From: an uncultured delta proteobacterium | GTDB taxonomy: Bacteria; Myxococcota_A; Polyangia; Fen-1088 | Direction: 5' to 3' | Length of the DNA stretch: 64,000 bases | NCBI GenBank assembly: GCA_963737265.1 | Contig: CAVTRY010000016.1 | Coordinates: 128,001-192,000, forward strand | Shown: positions 39,130-48,044 of the stretch, one piece after another | Layout of the letters: every line of letters begins with the position of its first letter | How positions within the stretch are numbered: position 1 is the first letter of the stretch | The notes under the pieces: model-generated | Databases searched by the model: none | Told to the model about the DNA's origin: nothing | The model's input: the letters and a program-made list of their open reading frames with translations, nothing else | Program-made: the position numbers and the translations under genes

Positions 39130-40437
39130 GTGAAACAGCAGGAGCTCACCGTGCGAATAGGAGTAACTCGAAAGATCGAGGTTCGGCCGGCGGTCGCGCT
39201 TGCGATCATAGCGATAGCTGGATGGTCTCGCCCAGCTGTTGCGTCCGACCAGCAGACAGTGGAAGTCCGTGCTTCCGGGCCCGCGCAGCCGCTAGGAGCT
39301 GCCGGCCACGAGGAAATGCCACCGGAGACCGAGCTTCCGCGCGAAAGCGCGGTGGAGAATCCATTGGGCCGCGCCCCGGCCATCTCGGGAAGTGCCTTCG
39401 GAGGCTACGGCGAGCTGACACTGAACGTACCCAGCAACGGCCCGGGCGTGGTGGACCTGCGGCGCCTGGTGCTCTTTTTCGGCCACAATTTCACGGACAG
39501 GATCCGCTTCTACTCGGAATTCGAGGTGGAGCACGCGGTGGCGTCGTCCACCGACCAAGGCGAAGCCGAGGTGGAGCAAGCCTATCTGGACGGGCTGCTT
39601 TCCCCACACGTCAACCTGCGCGGCGGGCTCATTCTCATGCCGATGGGTATCGTCAACGTGTACCACGAGCCACCCAGCTTCAATGGCGTCGATCGGCCGG
39701 ACGTCGATCAGTTCGTCATTCCGAGCACGTGGCGCGAGCCGGGCGTGGGGATCTTCGGCGAAATCGCCGAGGGCCTGCGCTACCAGCTCTATTTCGTCAA
39801 CGGATTCAACGCGAACAATTTCACGGCCGAGTCCGCCATTCGCGAAGGACACCAGGAAGCGCAGCTCGCCCACGCCGGCGATTTCGGTGCCATCGCGCGA
39901 GTCGACTACGAGCCACGTCTCGGCACCGTGGTCGGCGCATCCGCGTACGGCGCAACCTCCGGGAACACCTTGACGTCCACTGTCGGGCATGTGCCGGTGG
40001 GTTTGTTCGATATCGACGCTCGCTTTCACAAGAACGGCTTTGCCGCGCGGGCGGAGGTTGCGCTCCTTCTTATTGGCGACACCGAAAAGCTCGATCAGGC
40101 TCTTGCAGTGGGCACGCTGGATCAGCAAGCGGCGGGGCCCGTCGCATCCCAATCGCGCGGTGGTTATGTCGAGATCAGCTACGACGTTTTGCGGATCTTG
40201 GCGCCCAGCACGGATCACGCCCTGAACGTCTTCACGCGCTTCGATTACGCGGATACGCAGGCCAGGATGCCATCAGGATTTGCGCCGCGCCTGGAATTTC
40301 GGCGCTATTCGCAAATTGGTGGAATCGTCTACAAGCCGATTCCGCAAATCGCCCTGAAGATGGACTACAGACGCTATTGGCTGGGCGATAACGTCGCCTT
40401 CAACGAATTCGCCTCGGCCATCACCTGGCTCTTCTGA
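39130..40437 (+). CDS. Outer-membrane porin-like beta-barrel
   Basis: GGYGEL, RFYSEFEVEHA, HEPPSFNGV.RP, C-terminal WLF. Confidence 0.8.
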   Translation: MKQQELTVRIGVTRKIEVRPAVALAIIAIAGWSRPAVASDQQTVEVRASGPAQPLGAAGHEEMPPETELPRESAVENPLGRAPAISGSAFGGYGELTLNVPSNGPGVVDLRRLVLFFGHNFTDRIRFYSEFEVEHAVASSTDQGEAEVEQAYLDGLLSPHVNLRGGLILMPMGIVNVYHEPPSFNGVDRPDVDQFVIPSTWREPGVGIFGEIAEGLRYQLYFVNGFNANNFTAESAIREGHQEAQLAHAGDFGAIARVDYEPRLGTVVGASAYGATSGNTLTSTVGHVPVGLFDIDARFHKNGFAARAEVALLLIGDTEKLDQALAVGTLDQQAAGPVASQSRGGYVEISYDVLRILAPSTDHALNVFTRFDYADTQARMPSGFAPRLEFRRYSQIGGIVYKPIPQIALKMDYRRYWLGDNVAFNEFASAITWLF

Positions 40438-40457
40438 TTTCGAAAGAGGAAACCACG

Positions 40458-40991
40458 ATGCAGGCATTCGCTCGACGAGGATTTCAACTTCGCACCGCTT
40501 CTCTTGAGACCAGAGTCGCATACACCGGCTTTCTGCTCCTCATGCTTCCGGGCGTGGCGACCCTCATCGCCCTGTCCGTCGGCCGCATGGGACTCGATGC
40601 TCGCGCCATCGCGGCGTACTACCGAGGCGGGGACAGCGAGATGAGCTTTCCAAAAACCTTCTGGCAGCTGACAGAGGTGAGCCACTTTCACCTTTTTACG
40701 GTTCCGGTCGTCGTGCTCATTCTTTCCCACCTTCTCTACGGGACGCCCGCGTCCGCTCGGCTGCGCCTCTGGCTGACGTCGGTCACATTTTCGGGCGCGC
40801 TTCTCTCTGCGGTCGGGCCGTGGGCGATTCGCTACCTAGCCGCGGGTTGCGCCTACCTATTGATGATTGGCTGGACTCTCCTAGCGACCGGAATTGTTCT
40901 GATGGTCGCGCTGACGCTGGCTGCGATGTGGGGACCCAAACCGCGGGGGGAGCGCATCGCTTCGCCTCCTCGTCCGGATGGAGAAGACTGA
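40458..40991 (+). CDS. Inner-membrane protein with His residues in TM segments
   Basis: About 4 TM segments, EVSHFHLF and LSHLL. Confidence 0.7.
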   Translation: MQAFARRGFQLRTASLETRVAYTGFLLLMLPGVATLIALSVGRMGLDARAIAAYYRGGDSEMSFPKTFWQLTEVSHFHLFTVPVVVLILSHLLYGTPASARLRLWLTSVTFSGALLSAVGPWAIRYLAAGCAYLLMIGWTLLATGIVLMVALTLAAMWGPKPRGERIASPPRPDGED

Positions 40992-40993
40992 CC

Positions 40994-41554
40994 ATGCGAC
41001 GCTCGCTCCTCGCCGTTCCTGCAATCGTCATGATTGTGCCTGCGCCGGTTCGCGGGGCTCAGACGTACTTGCGTGAAGAGGATGCAGCCCGCGCCATGTT
41101 CCCGCAGAGCACTTCGTCCGCGCGAAAAGCTCTCGACCTCTCCGACGGGGATGTGGCGGCACTTTCAAAGTCCCTCGGTCGGCGCGTGGCGACCCGCCGC
41201 TACGCCTACCTGGAGGTGGAATCCGCCAAAGGAATAGCTGGGGTGGTTCTTTTCTTGGATGTCATCGGCGAAAGCCAGCCCATCACGTTCGCCGTCGGTG
41301 TGACCGCGGACGGGGCGTTGCAGGACATCCAGGTGATGGTCTATCGCGAACCGCAAGGCGAGGCGATTCAGGAGAAGCGATTTCGCAAACAGTTCGTGGG
41401 CAAGCGTGCGAAGGATCCAATTACGCTGGACAAGGACATCGACGCCATCAGCGGGGCGACCATCTCATCTCGTTCGGCAACCTTCGCGGCTCGCAAGGGA
41501 CTGCTGCTCGCCGAGGTGCTGCGCCGCCGCGTGCCCGCGAGCGGCAAGCCATGA
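40994..41554 (+). CDS. FMN-binding (flavinylated) extracytoplasmic protein
   Basis: Flavinylation motif DAISGATISS, YREPQG, signal peptide. Confidence 0.88.
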   Translation: MRRSLLAVPAIVMIVPAPVRGAQTYLREEDAARAMFPQSTSSARKALDLSDGDVAALSKSLGRRVATRRYAYLEVESAKGIAGVVLFLDVIGESQPITFAVGVTADGALQDIQVMVYREPQGEAIQEKRFRKQFVGKRAKDPITLDKDIDAISGATISSRSATFAARKGLLLAEVLRRRVPASGKP

Positions 41555-42540
41555 ATGTCCTCGACGCTCGCCCGCGCCACGCTTCGCAGAATAGGCTTGT
41601 CCGGCGCGCCCGGCCGCTCATGGGAACCCTCGTAGGCATCGCCATGAGAGGCGACGACGCCGACCAGCTTGAGACACTCATCCGGGAGATGTTCGCAGAG
41701 ATGGAGCGCCTCGAGGCCATTCTTTCGGAGTGGCGATCCGATAGTGCGGTGTCAGGCGTGAATCGAGCCGCGGGTGTTGCGCCCGTCCGCATGCCAGTCG
41801 CGCTGGCGAGGGTCATGGAAGTCGCTGGCAAGGTATCTTCTGCGACCCAAGGTGCTTTCGACAGTACCTGGGCGGCGTTGTCGAATCTGTGGAGGGTGGA
41901 CGACCCCGGTTTCCGCCCGCCGTCAGCCGAAGCCATCGCGAAGGCGCGCGAGCTCGTCAACTATCGGGATGTGGCGATCGATGCCAAAGCCGGGACGATG
42001 TATCTGCGCCGGCGCGGAATGCGCCTTGGCCTGGGTGGAATCGCCAAGACCTACATCGCCGAGTGCGCGGCCGACTTCGCCGTCGCAAGCGGGGCAAGCC
42101 ACGTGCTCATCGACGCTGGTGGGGATGTGGTCGCGCGCGGTCGCAACGGTAATCGTCCCTGGACCGTCGGCATTCGCGACCCGCGGGTCGCGGCAAGGAT
42201 CCTCGCCACCGTCGAGCTTCACGACGAGGCCATCGTCACCAGCGGCGACTATGAACATTTTGTCGACGTGGAAGGGCATCGCTACCATCATCTGCTCGAC
42301 CCGCGGACTGGCGTCCCGGCCTGTGAAAGCCGGAGCGCGACGGTGGTAGCTCCGCGAGGCGCGCTGGCGGACGCGCTGGCCACCGGGCTGTTCGTCCTGG
42401 GCGCACGTGGACTCGACGTCGTGCGGAGGTTCGCGGGCGTTGCGGCGCTGGTGATCGACGGGAACGGTGCTGCCCACCTATCCGCGCACGGAGCGACGCG
42501 ATTCCGTCCGTCTCGTTCGGCGGCCGTCCCGCGCGCTTGA
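41551..42540 (+). CDS. apbE: FAD:protein FMN transferase
   Basis: MGT, LGGIAK, AGGD, TSGDYE, YHHLLDPRTG, ADALAT. Confidence 0.93.
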   Translation: MNVLDARPRHASQNRLVRRARPLMGTLVGIAMRGDDADQLETLIREMFAEMERLEAILSEWRSDSAVSGVNRAAGVAPVRMPVALARVMEVAGKVSSATQGAFDSTWAALSNLWRVDDPGFRPPSAEAIAKARELVNYRDVAIDAKAGTMYLRRRGMRLGLGGIAKTYIAECAADFAVASGASHVLIDAGGDVVARGRNGNRPWTVGIRDPRVAARILATVELHDEAIVTSGDYEHFVDVEGHRYHHLLDPRTGVPACESRSATVVAPRGALADALATGLFVLGARGLDVVRRFAGVAALVIDGNGAAHLSAHGATRFRPSRSAAVPRA

Positions 42541-43005
42541 AGATGTTCCGGAGGGTTCAGCTCCACCGTCGCTGGGTGGCGAATGCGAGTGGGCTGGCTC
42601 GCCGAGGCCGGTGACGATCTCGATTCCACCCTGTTTCACACCTCGCAGCGCCAATAGGCGGTCGGCGATGTCTTGCAAGCGATCGGATCTGCCATGAATG
42701 ACGATGACCTCGAGGCACAGATCGTGGTTGATGTGAACGTGCAGTGTCGCACGCACCTGTTCGCCCAACTGGTGCTGAAGCTCGTTCAGTCGTTCGCTGA
42801 GGTCGCGCACGTGGTGGTCGTAGACCAGCGTCAGCGTGCCGACCGCCTCGACCGCCTCGCGCACCTTGGCTCGCCCAACCTCGGCGCGCGACAGGTCGCG
42901 CAACAGCTCGGATCGGGTGCACCCGCGTTCGCGCACGACCGCGTCGAGCTCGCGCAACAACGAACCTTCGAGCGCAACGCCAAAACGAACCAGCGGATCC
43001 TTCAT
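42478..43005 (-). CDS. nikR: Nickel-responsive regulator
   Basis: RFGVAL..RSELLRDL, YDHH, QH, HVHINHDLCLEV. Confidence 0.93.
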   Translation of the reverse strand: MKDPLVRFGVALEGSLLRELDAVVRERGCTRSELLRDLSRAEVGRAKVREAVEAVGTLTLVYDHHVRDLSERLNELQHQLGEQVRATLHVHINHDLCLEVIVIHGRSDRLQDIADRLLALRGVKQGGIEIVTGLGEPAHSHSPPSDGGAEPSGTSSSARDGRRTRRTESRRSVRG

Positions 43006-43071
43006 GGCGGCGAGACTACCGCGGGGTGAGCGGCAAGGGAACGTCGATAGATACGTCGATAGCGACGCCGG

Positions 43072-43641
43072 CTATACTGGCTCGTTGCCGGGCTTCCACT
43101 TGATGTTGCAACCGATGCTGGCCCTCTGATTCGCCGCGGGCTGTTGGCCGACAAGCAGCGCAGCGACGGCAGCACGCGCGTCGCGACCGGTGACGGGAAT
43201 TGCATTGCTCGGGCGGGCGTCGTCGAACTGGCCGCGGTAGGCAAGCTTCCCGTCTCCACCGAAGATGAACAGGTCGGGCGTGCAACGGGCGTCGAAGGCT
43301 TGGGCGACCGTCTGCGATTCGTCGTAGAGGTAGGGAAAGACGTAGCCGGCCTGCTTGGCCTCGACGGCCATCGCCGCCGGGGCATCATCGGGGTAGCGGT
43401 CGGCATCGTTGGCGCTGATGGCCACCATACCCACGCCCTGGTCGCGGCAGGTGCGGCCGAAGTCGGCCAGGCCGGCGCGAATGTGTTTCACAAACGGGCA
43501 ATGGTTGCAGATGAAAATGACGACGCTTGGTTTTCCGGCCAAGGACGACGACGCAACGATTTGCCCATGGACCACGTCGGGCAGCGAAAAGCTCGGCATC
43601 GGCGTGCCGAGCGAAACCATGCAGGAGGGCGTACTGGACAT
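43072..43641 (-). CDS. Thioredoxin-like (AhpC/TSA) protein
   Basis: FICNHCPFV, ARCTPD, SIGCNIKW. Confidence 0.9.
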   Translation of the reverse strand: MSSTPSCMVSLGTPMPSFSLPDVVHGQIVASSSLAGKPSVVIFICNHCPFVKHIRAGLADFGRTCRDQGVGMVAISANDADRYPDDAPAAMAVEAKQAGYVFPYLYDESQTVAQAFDARCTPDLFIFGGDGKLAYRGQFDDARPSNAIPVTGRDARAAVAALLVGQQPAANQRASIGCNIKWKPGNEPV

Positions 43642-43655
43642 GATGCAAGTCCTTG

Positions 43656-45041
43656 TTAAAGCAACAATCGCTTGATATCCGAAAGCAACTCGCGCAAATA
43701 GGTGGTGAAGCGCGCAGCCTCGGCGCCATCGTTCACGCGGTGGTCGTAGGACAGCGACAACGGCAACATCAGACGCGGCACGAAGCTTCCGTTTTCGTAG
43801 ACGGGTTTCATGCTGGCGCGCGAGACGCCGAGAATCGCGACCTCCGGCGTATTCACGATGGGCGTGAACGCGGTGCCACCGATTCCACCCAAGCTTGAGA
43901 CGGTGAAGCTCGCACCCTGCATATCGCCCGGCAAAAGCTTGTGAGCCCTCGCCTTCTCGCTGACCACGGCGAGCTCGACCGCGAGATCGTAGACGCCTTT
44001 GTGGTCGATGTCGCGAATCACCGGCACCAGCAGCCCGTCGGGCGTGTCCACGGCGACGCCCAAATGAAAGTAACGCTTGAGAATCAGGTTCTCGCCCTGC
44101 GGATCCAGGGACGCGTTGAAGGTCGGAAACGCCTTCAGCGTCGCCACCACGGCCTTCATGATGAAGGGCAACATGGTCAGGCGCACGTTGCGCTTTTTCG
44201 CGTGCTCGGTCTCGGACTTGCGGAAGGCATCGAGGTCGGTGATATCGGCCTCGTCGTGTTGGGTGACGTGCACGACACGCAGCCAGGCCCGGTGCAGGTT
44301 GGTCGCGGTCACGCGCTTGATGCGCGAGAGCGGTTGCGATTCGATGAGGCCGAAGCGGCCAAAATCGACGTAGGGTGCCTCGGGCAGCATGAATCCACCG
44401 CCGGTGGACTGGAGCTTGCCGACGTTGTCCTTGACGTACCTCTTGACGTCGAGATCGAGGATCCTGCCGTTGCGCCCGGTACCCTTCACCAAGGCAAGAT
44501 CCACGCCCAGCTCGCGACCCAAGCGGCGTATCGACGGCGTGGCGTGAGACTTGGTCTTGACCACGGTCAAGGGCGGCGGCGGAGTGACCTTGGATAGCTC
44601 CTCGGGCGCGGGTGTCGCGTGCGAGGACGGCTTGCGCGCAACAACCTCGAAATCTGGCGCCATTTCCACGTCGGCATCGACTTGGGGCTCGTCAGCGCGC
44701 GCAGCGGCGACCGCCGCCAGCGGCGCCGAGGCTCGCACCGGGGCGACCGCAGCCGTCTTTTCCGGAAGGCGCGCCACCGGCGTTGCCACCGCGCCGCCGT
44801 CCAGGAGCTCCAGGGTTGCGATGCGCGAACCCTTGGAAACCTTGGCGCCGATGGCGACCAATATCTCCTTGATCACCCCTGCGTTGGGCGACGGCAAATC
44901 CATGGTCGCCTTGTCGGTTTCAAGCGTGAGAAGCGGTTGATCTTTCTTGACTGCATCGCCCGCCTTCACTGCGATTTCGATGACGGCGACGTCGTGAAAG
45001 TCGCCCAGGTCGGGCACGGTCACTTCGGCTATCTTGGCCAC
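43656..45041 (-). CDS. aceF: Pyruvate dehydrogenase E2
   Basis: Lipoyl motif ETDKATM, HATPSIRRL, DHRVNDG; GTG start with RBS. Confidence 0.95.
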   Translation of the reverse strand: MAKIAEVTVPDLGDFHDVAVIEIAVKAGDAVKKDQPLLTLETDKATMDLPSPNAGVIKEILVAIGAKVSKGSRIATLELLDGGAVATPVARLPEKTAAVAPVRASAPLAAVAAARADEPQVDADVEMAPDFEVVARKPSSHATPAPEELSKVTPPPPLTVVKTKSHATPSIRRLGRELGVDLALVKGTGRNGRILDLDVKRYVKDNVGKLQSTGGGFMLPEAPYVDFGRFGLIESQPLSRIKRVTATNLHRAWLRVVHVTQHDEADITDLDAFRKSETEHAKKRNVRLTMLPFIMKAVVATLKAFPTFNASLDPQGENLILKRYFHLGVAVDTPDGLLVPVIRDIDHKGVYDLAVELAVVSEKARAHKLLPGDMQGASFTVSSLGGIGGTAFTPIVNTPEVAILGVSRASMKPVYENGSFVPRLMLPLSLSYDHRVNDGAEAARFTTYLRELLSDIKRLLL

Positions 45042-45070
45042 GTTGTACCTTCCTCCGGATTTTGGCGAAG

Positions 45071-47782
45071 CTAGACGGTCACGGGATTCGGCTTCTCGGG
45101 ATCTATCGCATACTTTTCCATGGCCTCGCGAACTTTGCCGAGCGGCAGTGCGCCCTGGTCGACAAGCGCCTTGAGCGCGGCCACGACGACATAACGACGA
45201 TCCACCTCGAAGAAGTGGCGCAGCTTCTTGCGCGTGTCGCTGCGCCCGAATCCGTCGGTACCGAGAACGACGAAGTGCTTGCCTGGAAGGTAGGGACGAA
45301 TCTGGTCGGCATACAGGCGCATGTAGTCGGTTGCCGCCACGATGGGCCCCGGCCGGTCGGCCAAACAAGTCTCGACGTAACTTTGCCGCCGTGGCTCTTG
45401 CGAGTGAAACATGGACCAGCGCTCGGCATCCAGACCATCGCGGCGAAGTTGGTTGAAGCTGGTGGCGCTCCAGATGTCCGCCGCAACACCAAAGTCCTGT
45501 TCAAGCATCTCCGCCGCCGCGATCACCTCGCGCAAGATGGCGCCGGAGCCAAGGAGCTGCACGCGCGTCTTGGCCTCTTTCGCCGTCCCCTCGCGCAGTA
45601 GATACATGCCCTTGAGAATGCCGTCGCGCGCGCCCTCGGGCATGGCCGGGTGACGGTAGTTCTCGTTCATCATGGTGACGTAATAGAAGACGTCCTCTTG
45701 GTCATGGTACATACGACGAACGCCGTCCTGAATGATCACCGCCATCTCGTAGGCAAAGGTGGGATCGTAGGAAAGGCAGGTGGGGATGCTGGAGGCGAAG
45801 AGCAGGTTGTGGCCATCCTGGTGCTGCAGACCCTCGCCCGACAACGTCGTCCGTCCCGCCGTGCCGCCCATGAGAAAGCCACGCGCGCGCATGTCGCCCG
45901 CCGCCCACGCAAAGTCGCCGATGCGCTGAAACCCGAACATGGAATAGAAGCAGTAGAACGGAATCATGTTCACGCCATGGTTGCTGTGAGCCATGCCCGC
46001 GGCGATGAACGACGACATCGATCCTGCTTCGTTGATACCTTCTTCGAGAATCTGGCCGTTCTTCATCTCCTTGTAGGACATGAGCTGCTCGGAATCGACC
46101 GGCTCGTAAAGCTGCCCTACCGACGAGTAAATGCCGATCTGGCGGAAAAGACCTTCCATGCCGAAGGTGCGCGCCTCGTCGGGAACGATGGGCACGATGA
46201 ATTTGCCGACGTTCCGGTCGCGCACAAGCTGGGTCAGGATGCGCACGAACGCCATGGTGGTCGACATCTCGTGCTCGCCGCTGCCCTTGATCTGCGTCTC
46301 GAACGCGTCGAGGGTCGGCACTTCGAGCGGCGTGGCGGCTCGCCGGCGCGACGGCAAAAAGCCACCCAAGGCCTTGCGCCGCTCCAGCATGTACTGAATC
46401 TCCTTGCTGCCATCCGCGGGCCGATAGAACGGCGCCGCGCCGATCTTGTCGTCGCTGATGGGAATGTTAAAACGATCGCGGAACGCCTTGAGCGCCTCTT
46501 CGCCCATTTTCTTCTGCTGATGGGTCGGGTTGAGCCCTTCGCCCGCCTCGCCCATGCCGTAGCCCTTGACCGTCTTGGCCAGGATGATGGTGGGTTGGCC
46601 TTTGTGCTCCATGGCGGCGCGGTAGGCGGCGTAAACTTTGTTGGGATCGTGGCCGCCGCGGTTGAGCCACCAGATCTCCTCGTCGCTCATGTTGGAGACC
46701 ATGGCCGCAAGCTCGGGGTACTTGCCGAAGAAGTGTTCGCGGGTAAAGGCGCCGCCCTTGGCTTTGTAAGCCTGGTACTCGCCGTCCACGCATTCCATCA
46801 TGCGCTTGCGCAGAATTCCTTTGGTGTCGCGCTGGAGCAAGGGATCCCAGTACGAGCCCCACAGCACCTTGATGACGTTCCAGCCGGCGCCGCGGAAAAG
46901 CGCCTCTAGCTCTTGGACGATTTTTCCATCGCCGCGCACCGGACCGTCCAGGCGCTGCAGGTTGCAGTTGACGACGAAAACCAGGTTGTCGAGCCGTTCG
47001 CGCGCCGGCAGGGAAATCGCGCCCAGCGACTCGGGCTCGTCCATTTCGCCGTCGCCCAGGAAGGCCCACACTTTGCGGCCGCTGGTGTCGAGGATGCCCC
47101 GATGTTCGAGATAACGCATGAAGCGCGCCTGGTAGATCGCCATCATCGACGTGAGCCCCATGGACACGGTCGAGAACTGCCAAAAATCCGGCATCAAATA
47201 GGGATGCGGGTACGACGAAAGGCCCTTACCGTCAACTTCCTGACGGAACGCCCGCAGCTGGTCTTCGCTGATGCGACCTTCGAGAAATGCCCGCGCGTAG
47301 ATGCCGGGCGCCGAATGGCCCTGAAAGTAGACCAGATCGCCCCCGTTTTCCGCCTCTGGCCCGCGAAAAAAATGGTTAAACCCCACGTCGTAAAGCGTGG
47401 CCGCCGACGCGAAGCTGGCGATGTGCCCGCCCAGCTCCGACGAGCTGCGGTTGGCGTTGACCACCATGGCCAGCGCGTTCCAGCGAATCAGCGAGCGGAT
47501 GCGCCGTTCAAGCCCAGGGTCGCCGGGAACCCGCGGCTGCTGCGTCACCGGGATGGTGTTGACGTAGGCCGTGGTCGCGTCGAACGGCAGGTGCGCCCCC
47601 GAGCGACGTGCGTGGTCGACCAGCTTTTCCAGCAGAAAATGGGCCCGCTCGATTCCCTCGTGTTCGAGCGTCGAGGCTAGGGATTCGATCCATTCGCGTG
47701 TTTCCTCGGGGTCGATGTCCGCGATATCTTCGATGTCGTTGGCGGCTTCCGCGAGCTCGGGACGGTGGGTTGGTGTAGCCAT
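45071..47782 (-). CDS. aceE: Pyruvate dehydrogenase E1, homodimeric type
   Basis: DPEETREW, GGHIASF, GDGEMDEPES, GTDGFGRSD. Confidence 0.97.
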   Translation of the reverse strand: MATPTHRPELAEAANDIEDIADIDPEETREWIESLASTLEHEGIERAHFLLEKLVDHARRSGAHLPFDATTAYVNTIPVTQQPRVPGDPGLERRIRSLIRWNALAMVVNANRSSSELGGHIASFASAATLYDVGFNHFFRGPEAENGGDLVYFQGHSAPGIYARAFLEGRISEDQLRAFRQEVDGKGLSSYPHPYLMPDFWQFSTVSMGLTSMMAIYQARFMRYLEHRGILDTSGRKVWAFLGDGEMDEPESLGAISLPARERLDNLVFVVNCNLQRLDGPVRGDGKIVQELEALFRGAGWNVIKVLWGSYWDPLLQRDTKGILRKRMMECVDGEYQAYKAKGGAFTREHFFGKYPELAAMVSNMSDEEIWWLNRGGHDPNKVYAAYRAAMEHKGQPTIILAKTVKGYGMGEAGEGLNPTHQQKKMGEEALKAFRDRFNIPISDDKIGAAPFYRPADGSKEIQYMLERRKALGGFLPSRRRAATPLEVPTLDAFETQIKGSGEHEMSTTMAFVRILTQLVRDRNVGKFIVPIVPDEARTFGMEGLFRQIGIYSSVGQLYEPVDSEQLMSYKEMKNGQILEEGINEAGSMSSFIAAGMAHSNHGVNMIPFYCFYSMFGFQRIGDFAWAAGDMRARGFLMGGTAGRTTLSGEGLQHQDGHNLLFASSIPTCLSYDPTFAYEMAVIIQDGVRRMYHDQEDVFYYVTMMNENYRHPAMPEGARDGILKGMYLLREGTAKEAKTRVQLLGSGAILREVIAAAEMLEQDFGVAADIWSATSFNQLRRDGLDAERWSMFHSQEPRRQSYVETCLADRPGPIVAATDYMRLYADQIRPYLPGKHFVVLGTDGFGRSDTRKKLRHFFEVDRRYVVVAALKALVDQGALPLGKVREAMEKYAIDPEKPNPVTV

Positions 47783-47992
47783 TATTTCTCTTGGTTGGTG
47801 GCGATGCGTGAGTATCCCCGCAGGCGGACACGACTGCCATGGTTGGGGCGCTTTATTGGATGCACGAAGGCTCTCCACGTCACAAGCCCTTTGTCTCCAG
47901 GCTTCAGGCCACAGCGCAGGAGCGCGAGTCGAGGTCCAATCGGTCCCGAGCACTGGCACGCCCAAAATGGGCGACCGCGTTGCGCTGCGGAC

Positions 47993-48030
47993 AAAAAAAG
48001 GGCCGGCCGCGTTTCGGCGGCCGGCCTTTT
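47993..48030 (-). terminator. Intrinsic terminator, possibly bidirectional
   Basis: GGCCGGCCGC-6 nt-GCGGCCGGCC flanked by A7 and T4. Confidence 0.8.
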
Positions 48031-48044
48031 CCTGCACTAGCTGT

